In this document: positions 26,131 to 32,000 of the stretch, in pieces
Position numbering within the stretch: the first letter of the stretch is position 1
Layout: each line of letters starts with the position of its first letter
Source of the DNA: Roseofilum acuticapitatum BLCC-M154
Lineage (GTDB): Bacteria; Cyanobacteriota; Cyanobacteriia; Cyanobacteriales; Desertifilaceae
Assembly: GCF_030068475.1 (NCBI RefSeq)
Contig: NZ_JAQOSP010000148.1
Location: 56,991 to 88,990, forward strand
Direction of reading: 5' to 3'
Length of the DNA: 32,000 nt
Notes under the pieces: generated by a model
The model's input: only the letters and a program-made list of their open reading frames with translations
Databases searched by the model: none
Told to the model about the DNA's origin: nothing
Made by a program: the position numbers and the translations under genes

Positions 26131-26471
26131 TGAAGTTAAAGATGAGCCAAGTAGAACTCCAATTACCAGAAACACTCCACCAACAGTTAACCCAGTTAGC
26201 GGAGAATGAAGGTGTTTCGTTAAACCAATATATCGTTTATGCACTCACGCGCCAAGTTACTATGGCGTATACAGTTCAAGCAATACCTACTGATGAAGTA
26301 AACCAACAGGAGCAGAAATTTCAAGCTTTACTGAACAAGTTAGGACAAGCATCTTTAACGGAGGTAAAATCGGTTTTAGAGCGGCGAGAAGTGGTTGACC
26401 CAGAACCAGAATTAAGTCCTGACATTATTGCCCGTTTTCAGCAGCGTATTAATGATGCTTCCAAGGGTTGA
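26130..26471 (+). CDS. Ribbon-helix-helix (CopG/Arc/HicB-C-like) DNA-binding protein, putative antitoxin/regulator
   Basis: 113 aa. The N-terminal RHH pattern is VELQLPETLHQQLTQLAENEGVSLNQYIVYALTRQV (beta strand, helix, helix). The ATG shares 1 nt with the PIN gene stop (TAATG). Confidence 0.7.
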   Translation: MKLKMSQVELQLPETLHQQLTQLAENEGVSLNQYIVYALTRQVTMAYTVQAIPTDEVNQQEQKFQALLNKLGQASLTEVKSVLERREVVDPEPELSPDIIARFQQRINDASKG

Positions 26472-26548
26472 TTTTACCACGAATGAGTGCTGATATGGTA
26501 TTTTAAATTGGATTGTCCTGAATTGACCTGAAAAAAACAGAGAAAGGT

Positions 26549-28168
26549 TTATTTTTTGGCTACTTTTTCTCGCTGAAAGGTTAACTTCATTTCCGGTAAG
26601 TCGGAGACTTCCAGACGGCGCTTGATTTCTACTTTGGCGGTTTCAAAGGTGGGAAAGTCATCACTCGGCCCAAAGGGAATGCCAAAACCAGAACCGACTT
26701 CTAGGATTTTGATATTCACTTTCGCAGGCACTAGCACCTTACGGGGAGAAACATAAAATTTATTGATATATCCTACTCCATTAGCCCAGCGATTCACAGA
26801 GGCAAAATCTTGTAGATATTCTTCGACTAATAGCCAAAATTGTCGGTCAACGCTGGCTAAAAGATATAGGATTTCAAATCGCTCTGCACTAGCGTGTCTT
26901 GCATGATTATCTATCAATCCGTACGCTCTATTATAGAGATCACGTTCCTGTAAAGGTTGATCGGAGTTTTTTGAATTATTATCAATTCTTCTTCCTTCAC
27001 GATCAAATGAGAAATTGTATTCTCCATCTTCTCTCCATTTTTCCCGTTTGTAAGGCTTCTTCAAGTCAGCACTAAAACTTTTGATAAACAAACCAATTCT
27101 CTCAGCACGGTAATCGAAGCGTATTGCACCCTCATTACTATATTTTTGTGGATCGATATCTCGTTTGTGCAAGAGATCTTTTACGGTTATAGTACCTGAC
27201 TTTTTGGAGCGGCTGCCATAGCCTCGCTTACCGGTTTTATAATCTTCACATAGGGTGGTTATTTTATTTTTGATTTTATCCTCATCAATCGGTTCATTAA
27301 AGAAAATCTTGATCAAATCCGTATCATAAGGTCTCATGCGCTTAAACAGGCGACTATAGAAATCTGTATCATCGGTCTCTGATTGCATTTGACTTAATGA
27401 TTCAGGAGTTACGGCTTTTATGGATATTCCCGCTAAATCAACATCATGATATTTCCGGATATCTTGTGTTTTTTGTTGAGAGTAGAAATAATCAAATGAA
27501 TACAGTTCTATGGCATAACCGTTGACATATAAACGATAGGCATGAAGAGAACGTACTGATTCCCAATTGGAAGCATAGGCTTTACGATAATTCAATGATG
27601 CCTTGATAAATGGGCTTTCTTTTGTATACCCAAGACTGAAATTATATTTTTCTTTGAAGGCAGTTTGATCTAGAGAAATGTGAATGATCTCTAGGGATAG
27701 CAACTTCTTGTGAAACAACCAATAATCATAATCTAAATCGACAATATCTTCGCGGGGAGGTTCAATACCGAGAATGAAGGCAAAATCGGAAATGGCGACT
27801 AGGGTTTCTCGTAAGAGGGTTTCGCTGGGTAATACTTTTTTGGCTTTGACTGGACTCTCGTTTAAGTGGGGATGATATTTTTCAATGCGCTGCTTCTCGA
27901 CTTCATCAAGTCGATCTTTGCTCACTAACTCATAGTAAATGGTAAAGTGTGTTTTCTTCTGTGCTTCGAGTTGAGCGATGCGATGATGGGTTTTGCCTTG
28001 CCAGCGTTTGCAGATGTTTTTGGCTTGGCCAATGTACCACACCTTGTGAGCTTGATCGAGAACATAATAAATCCCGGAAGACTCTGGAAGCAGCTCTTTG
28101 GTTTGTAGGGGGATATGGGGGAGTTGGAGAAGATCGCGATCGCCTTTCATTTCGCAAATATGTATCAA
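26549..28168 (-). CDS. GIY-YIG nuclease-domain protein with a roughly 430-aa C-terminal region of unknown function
   Basis: N-terminal GIY-YIG motifs: SSGIYYV (GIY 32-34), VWYIGQA (YIG 45-47), Arg in NICKRW, then EKQRIEKYHPHLN (Glu/Asn). I find no recognisable motif in the remainder. The ORF-track start at 28168 is a TTG; the first ATG is at 28150 (MKGDRDLL...). Confidence 0.8.
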   Translation of the reverse strand: MIHICEMKGDRDLLQLPHIPLQTKELLPESSGIYYVLDQAHKVWYIGQAKNICKRWQGKTHHRIAQLEAQKKTHFTIYYELVSKDRLDEVEKQRIEKYHPHLNESPVKAKKVLPSETLLRETLVAISDFAFILGIEPPREDIVDLDYDYWLFHKKLLSLEIIHISLDQTAFKEKYNFSLGYTKESPFIKASLNYRKAYASNWESVRSLHAYRLYVNGYAIELYSFDYFYSQQKTQDIRKYHDVDLAGISIKAVTPESLSQMQSETDDTDFYSRLFKRMRPYDTDLIKIFFNEPIDEDKIKNKITTLCEDYKTGKRGYGSRSKKSGTITVKDLLHKRDIDPQKYSNEGAIRFDYRAERIGLFIKSFSADLKKPYKREKWREDGEYNFSFDREGRRIDNNSKNSDQPLQERDLYNRAYGLIDNHARHASAERFEILYLLASVDRQFWLLVEEYLQDFASVNRWANGVGYINKFYVSPRKVLVPAKVNIKILEVGSGFGIPFGPSDDFPTFETAKVEIKRRLEVSDLPEMKLTFQREKVAKK

Positions 28169-28186
28169 GCATAACTCTCTTATCCG

Positions 28187-28192
28187 ATTATA
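28187..28192 (-). promoter_or_regulatory. Candidate -10 box (TATAAT, minus strand) in the 26-nt Uma2/GIY-YIG spacer
   Basis: The minus strand reads TGA GGTATAATCGGATAAGAGAGTTATGCTTGATACATATTTGCGAAATG. The TATAAT comes immediately after the Uma2 stop, 36 nt before the first ATG of the GIY-YIG gene. Confidence 0.25.
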
Positions 28193-28194
28193 CC

Positions 28195-28848
28195 TCAGTT
28201 TCCTTGCGTCGGCGATCGCCAGTAATTCCTCCAGATCTTAGCCGCAGCTAAAGGTTGGGGATTCTTCACACATTCTGCTAAAAAATCAATGTCAATCTCT
28301 GGCAATAACTCACTGTTTTCAATCCGTTCATACCCATGATTGGATTCTGATTCCACTGGAAGATTGGAGCGCAAATGATAGACAGAAAACTCGCCATTTT
28401 GCCAAAACCAGACTTCAGGCACTTGCAAGCGACGATACACTTCTAACTTATTAATCCCACCATGGGTAACCACCACTTCAATCGCTAAATCGGGAACATC
28501 TTTATCTGTGCCAAAACAGTATCCTTCATCCGCTTCTAGTCCTGCTCGTTTTGCTTCCTGTTTCAGGGTAGTGGAGCCAAAGGGAAAATATTCGATATCG
28601 GCTTCTAAGAAGTAAAGTTCTAGTAAATTTCCAATCCGAGTTTTTTCCGTTTCATGGCGGCGAGAGGTGGACATGATTTCTAAAACTCCATCTAAATAAG
28701 TGACGCGATAACCGCCATTGTCTCCGATGATATTCAGCAAGGTTTCATAGTATTCCCAAGTGGCGCTATTGGTCAAATAGCGGTCTTCAGAATCCTGGTG
28801 GGATAAGGGAGGTTCGGGAAATAGGGTATTAAATTTCAATGCCAGCAT
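28195..28848 (-). CDS. Uma2 family (DUF820) PD-(D/E)xK-like endonuclease
   Basis: 217 aa with the typical Uma2 layout: N-terminal ...TWEYYETLL, YLDGVLEIMSTSRRHE, PDLAIEVVVT, and a C-terminal segment LQVPEVWFWQNGEFSVYHL. The family is highly expanded in cyanobacteria. Confidence 0.85.
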   Translation of the reverse strand: MLALKFNTLFPEPPLSHQDSEDRYLTNSATWEYYETLLNIIGDNGGYRVTYLDGVLEIMSTSRRHETEKTRIGNLLELYFLEADIEYFPFGSTTLKQEAKRAGLEADEGYCFGTDKDVPDLAIEVVVTHGGINKLEVYRRLQVPEVWFWQNGEFSVYHLRSNLPVESESNHGYERIENSELLPEIDIDFLAECVKNPQPLAAAKIWRNYWRSPTQGN

Positions 28849-28853
28849 GATTC

Positions 28854-28884
28854 AATTAAAAATTAAAAATTAAAAATTAAAAAT
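28854..28884. repeat. Tandem heptamer (AATTAAA) x 4.4
   Basis: aattaaa aattaaa aattaaa aattaaa aat, located 6-36 nt upstream of the Uma2 start codon (minus strand). Confidence 0.85.
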
Positions 28885-28987
28885 GTGTACTTGAGCTACA
28901 ATGTATCACAAACACACCAAGAGCTACAAAGAAAGAAGACTGTTTTTATCTTTGCTGAGGATCTCCGTGTCCCCGTGTCTCCCCTCT

Positions 28988-29015
28988 TTGCGGGATTTCC
29001 AACTCACTCTACAAT
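28988..29015 (+). promoter_or_regulatory. Candidate sigma70-type promoter of fumC (TTGCGG - 16 nt - TACAAT)
   Basis: Hexamers at 28988-28993 and 29010-29015, about 31 nt upstream of the fumC ATG. Sequence pattern only. Confidence 0.3.
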
Positions 29016-29046
29016 CTAAGAGGTTAGGAGATGGAGAAACCAGGAT

Positions 29047-30456
29047 ATGACGCAAGATGTAGCTCAGACTCGGATTGAGAAAGATAGTATGGGGGAAATT
29101 GAGGTACAGAGCGATCGCTACTGGGGAGCGCAAACCCAGCGATCGCTCAAATATTTCTCCATTGGTCACAATTTTATCCCTCAAGAGGTGATTGTTGCCT
29201 TTGCCATCTTGAAAAAAGCGGCCGCGATCGCCAATCACGAATTAAGTAAACTTCCTGAAGACAAAGCAAAATTAATCATCCAAGCCGCCGATGAAATTAT
29301 TGCCGGTAAACTCAACGATCATTTTCCCCTGCGCGTGTGGATGACAGGGAGCGGGACGCAGTGCAACATGAATGTCAATGAAGTGATTGCGAATCGGGCG
29401 ATCGCCTTTGCAGGAGGAGAACTAGGTAGCAAAACGCCTATTCATCCCAACGATCATGTCAATATGTCCCAGTCCTCCAATGATACCTTTCCCACTGCCA
29501 TGCATATTGCCGCAGTTTTGGCGCTCCATCAGCATCTGCTCCCCAAAGTCACCAAAATGCGGGATGCTCTGCAACAGAAATCCGAAGAGTTTGCCAACAT
29601 TGTCAAAATTGGCCGCACCCATCTCCAAGATGCCGTTCCCCTCACCCTCGGTCAAGAATTTTCTGGCTATGTAGCCCAATTAACCGCAGACTTAAAACGT
29701 ATCGAACAAACCCTACCCGATATGTATGAATTAGCACTCGGAGGAACCGCCGTCGGCACGGGCTTAAATGCACCCAAAGGCTTTGCCCAACTGGTGGCGC
29801 GGAAAATCCACCATTTAACCGGCTATCCCTTCATTTCTGCCCCCAATAAATTCGCCGTCATTGCCGCCCATGATGCCATGATTATGACCAGTGGCGCATT
29901 AAAAACCTTGGCTTGTTCATTGATGAAAATTGCCAATGATATTCGCTTTTTAGGTAGCGGGCCGCGCTGTGGTTTAGGGGAGTTAATTCTACCCGAAAAT
30001 GAGCCGGGTTCTTCCATTATGCCCGGTAAAGTGAATCCCACCCAATGCGAGGCTATGACAATGGTTGCGGCTCAAGTCATTGGCTATGATACCGCCATTA
30101 GCATTGCCGGTTCCCAAGGTCATTTTGAACTCAATGTTTTTAAGCCCATGATGATTTTTAATCTGTTGGAATCCATCACTTTATTGGGCGATACCTGCAA
30201 TAACTTTACCGATTTTCTGTTGGATGGACTGCAAGCCAATCAAAAACAAATTAACACTTATCTGAACGAGTCCTTAATGTTAGTCACCGCCCTAAGTCCG
30301 GCGATCGGCTATGATAATGCCGCTAAAGTCGCTCATTATGCCCTAGAAAAAGACTTAACCCTCAAGCAAGCCTGTTTAGAATTAGGCTATATTTCCGCCG
30401 AAGAATTCGATCGCATTGTCGTAGCCGAAAACATGGTTTATCCCCAACAAGGATAA
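29047..30456 (+). CDS. fumC: Class II fumarate hydratase
   Basis: 469 aa. Fumarate lyase signature [17 protein letters not shown]. Also [51 protein letters not shown]. Confidence 0.95.
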   Translation: MTQDVAQTRIEKDSMGEIEVQSDRYWGAQTQRSLKYFSIGHNFIPQEVIVAFAILKKAAAIANHELSKLPEDKAKLIIQAADEIIAGKLNDHFPLRVWMTGSGTQCNMNVNEVIANRAIAFAGGELGSKTPIHPNDHVNMSQSSNDTFPTAMHIAAVLALHQHLLPKVTKMRDALQQKSEEFANIVKIGRTHLQDAVPLTLGQEFSGYVAQLTADLKRIEQTLPDMYELALGGTAVGTGLNAPKGFAQLVARKIHHLTGYPFISAPNKFAVIAAHDAMIMTSGALKTLACSLMKIANDIRFLGSGPRCGLGELILPENEPGSSIMPGKVNPTQCEAMTMVAAQVIGYDTAISIAGSQGHFELNVFKPMMIFNLLESITLLGDTCNNFTDFLLDGLQANQKQINTYLNESLMLVTALSPAIGYDNAAKVAHYALEKDLTLKQACLELGYISAEEFDRIVVAENMVYPQQG

Positions 30457-30551
30457 TTGGGGAGAGACAAGGATTACTAAATGTAATCTTTGAGACTACG
30501 GGTGACCCTCTTGAACTAACTTAACATTCTCCCTAGTCACCATTCGGCACA

Positions 30552-31502
30552 ATGAAAAGCTATATCCACTCTCTTAAACCTATTTCAATGACTAAAGCCG
30601 GACTCACTGCTAACCTCGTTAATCGTATTCTCTCCATTAAACCCCTCGCCAGCATCGCCAAACACCAAGCCCGCCAAATGATCGTCAAACGGGCTGAAAA
30701 AAACGGTATTCCTTGGCGAGCAGAAGTCAAAATCCTGCAAACCCTTGATTGGACTCCCCGACTCGAAGCCATCCAAAACCCCAACATCACCTACCCCGAC
30801 TATTACTTACAACCCTTCCATGCTTACGACCGAGGAAATCTCAGTTGGGAAGCCGCCTTGGAAGTCGAATTTGCCGCCAAAGGCGTTCATGCCCAACTCT
30901 GGAAAGATGCTGGAGCAAAAGGAGACGAGCGCTTACGCCAAACCTATCATCAAATTCTGCTAGAAAAACTCACCCCCGCGCCCCAAGATATCCTTGATGT
31001 CGGCTGTAGCATCGGCATGAGTACCTTTGCTCTCCAAGACACCTATCCCAACGCCACTGTCACCGGACTGGACTTATCCCCCTACTTCCTGGCCGTCGCT
31101 GGATATCGAGCCGAACAGAGACAGAGCCAGCACAAAACCCCCAACCATTGGATTCATGCCCGTGCAGAAGAAACCGGACTGCCTGATGCTTCTTTCGATC
31201 TGGTTTCCCTCTTTCTCATTTGCCATGAATTACCCCAAGCCGCCACCCGCCAAATCTTCCGCGAAGCTCGACGCATATTACGTCCCCAAGGTCATCTGGC
31301 GATTATGGAGATGAATCCTCAGTCTGAGGTGTACAAAAAAATGCCACCCTATGTGTTTACTTTACTCAAAAGTACAGAACCCTATATGGATGAATATTTC
31401 ACCCTAGATATTGCTCAAGCCTTAGTGGAGGCTGGGTTTAAAACTCCCTTGATTCAACCCAACACCATCCGCCATCGCACCATTATTGCCCCATGTGCCT
31501 AA
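30552..31502 (+). CDS. Class I SAM-dependent methyltransferase (substrate unknown)
   Basis: 316 aa. SAM motif I is ILDVGCSIGMSTFAL, followed by VTGLDLSPYFL and FDLVSLFLICHELP. The start could be Met13 (nt 30588). Confidence 0.8.
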   Translation: MKSYIHSLKPISMTKAGLTANLVNRILSIKPLASIAKHQARQMIVKRAEKNGIPWRAEVKILQTLDWTPRLEAIQNPNITYPDYYLQPFHAYDRGNLSWEAALEVEFAAKGVHAQLWKDAGAKGDERLRQTYHQILLEKLTPAPQDILDVGCSIGMSTFALQDTYPNATVTGLDLSPYFLAVAGYRAEQRQSQHKTPNHWIHARAEETGLPDASFDLVSLFLICHELPQAATRQIFREARRILRPQGHLAIMEMNPQSEVYKKMPPYVFTLLKSTEPYMDEYFTLDIAQALVEAGFKTPLIQPNTIRHRTIIAPCA

Positions 31503-31581
31503 TAAACAGGACTCGATTTTGGGGATTGGGTTAATATGGAGAGAAATATCATCTAATCTTGTGTAGGACTAGAGCTTTTCT

Positions 31582-31853
31582 ATGAGTTCCTTCGCCCTCT
31601 CTCCTTCTCCCCTCCCCACTGCCGAACAACGCCTGGTTTTATCAAAGGTTTGGGAGTCAAGGAAGTTTGGCAATGGAAAGAGGGAGAATTTTCACTCTAT
31701 CATCTGGATTCTACAGGCTATGAGGCGATCGCCAACAGTGAACTGCTTCCCAACTTAGATATCTCTCTCTTAACCCGTTGTGTCAAACCCGACCAACAAT
31801 TTGATGCCGTCATGGAGTTTCGCGATCGCCTTCGCCAACTCAATGATATCAAG
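31582..31853 (+). pseudogene. Internally deleted/frameshifted Uma2-family remnant
   Basis: From the ATG at 31582: MSSFALSPSPLPTAEQRLVLSKVWES..., which resembles a Uma2 N-terminus, stopping after 58 codons. The +2 frame from about 31650 reads LGVKEVWQWKEGEFSLYHLDSTGYEAIANSELLPNLDISLLTRCVKPDQQFDAVMEFRDRLRQL. This parallels the C-terminus of the 28195-28848 Uma2 protein (LQVPEVWFWQNGEFSVYHL...GYERIENSELLPEIDIDFLAECV). The catalytic middle is absent. Confidence 0.45.
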
Positions 31854-31867
31854 TTCGCTCATTCATG

Positions 31868-31996
31868 TCCGCGAAGCGGAAATACCCTAATTAAAAATCC
31901 AGGGAGCAAGATGCTCCCACTCCAGTCAGATCAAAGAATTCGAGGAGTGCGGGCATCTTGCCCGCTTCTTAACAAATTTTCAAGTCCGCTTGCGGA
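31868..31996. repeat. Cluster of four short GC hairpins arranged as a larger palindrome
   Basis: TCCGCGAAGCGGA (31868-31880). GGGAGCAAGATGCTCCC+ACTCC (31902-31923). GGAGT+GCGGGCATCTTGCCCGC (31944-31965), an inverted copy of the previous 22-mer with 4 substitutions. TCCGCTTGCGGA (31985-31996). The structure may continue past the window edge. Confidence 0.7.
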
Positions 31997-32000
31997 AACC

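Noticed and set aside
27930-28251. 80-aa (minus) and 100-aa (plus) ORFs overlapping the 5' end of the GIY-YIG gene
   Set aside because: They are alternative frames over the region encoding the conserved GIY...YIG motifs. The products are Ser/Arg/Pro-rich nonsense-like sequence.
28924-29238. 104-aa minus-strand ORF overlapping the fumC start
   Set aside because: It overlaps the strongly supported fumC N-terminus and the repeat-containing intergenic region. It has no motif and no plausible translation signals.
30472-30491. Hairpin GATTAC-TAAAT-GTAATC + TTT after fumC as an intrinsic terminator
   Set aside because: The stem is only 6 bp and AT-rich, with a short T-run. This is too weak to call from sequence alone.
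30745-31314. Pro/Ser-rich alternative-frame ORFs (72, 82 and 95 aa) inside the SAM methyltransferase gene
   Set aside because: They are out of frame with a 316-aa ORF that has a clear SAM-binding motif. Their composition is typical of off-frame translation of GC-richer coding DNA.
31868-32000. Possible CRISPR array at the right edge
   Set aside because: The hairpins are different sequences arranged as inverted copies, not identical direct repeats separated by unique spacers of regular length. No cas genes are present in the window.
1-32000. Search for tRNA, rRNA, transposase, integrase or phage genes
   Set aside because: None of the intergenic regions shows a tRNA-like cloverleaf or rRNA-like sequence that I can recognise. 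No ORF carries DDE transposase, tyrosine/serine recombinase or phage structural motifs.

Overview
Cyanobacterial chromosomal DNA. I count about 28 copies of the HIP1 octamer GCGATCGC by eye, and there are G5/C5 hairpin repeats and GTAGGGGCGA...TCGCCCCTAC palindromes. Nt 1-18292 (minus strand) is a hybrid PKS-NRPS operon. It holds three collinear cis-AT type I PKS genes: KS-AT-MT-KR-ACP, then KS-AT-KR-ACP, then KS-AT-DH-ER-KR-ACP. These are followed by the 5' end of an NRPS (beta-hairpin docking domain + condensation domain) that runs off the left edge. No loading module, thioesterase or tailoring gene is visible, and I could not match the architecture to a characterised cluster from memory. 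The cluster abuts core genes: argD, miaE, a solitary C5-cytosine DNA methyltransferase, a small secreted protein made of 11-residue FPD repeats, and pbpC. A visibly AT-richer, HIP1-free accessory patch follows (about 24.8-28.1 kb). It contains a GNAT acetyltransferase, a translationally coupled three-gene cassette (92-aa unknown / PIN nuclease / RHH protein), and a 539-aa GIY-YIG protein with a roughly 430-aa unrecognisable C-terminal region. That GIY-YIG gene lies immediately downstream of a Uma2 (DUF820) nuclease gene. The window ends with fumC, a class I SAM methyltransferase, an internally deleted Uma2 remnant and a cluster of hairpin repeats. Two intergenic regions carry nested-palindrome (MITE-like) structures, and one hairpin repeat sits in frame inside a PKS gene. 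I recognised no rRNA, tRNA, CRISPR array, transposase or integrase. All family calls rest on motifs read from the supplied or self-made translations; no database search was possible.
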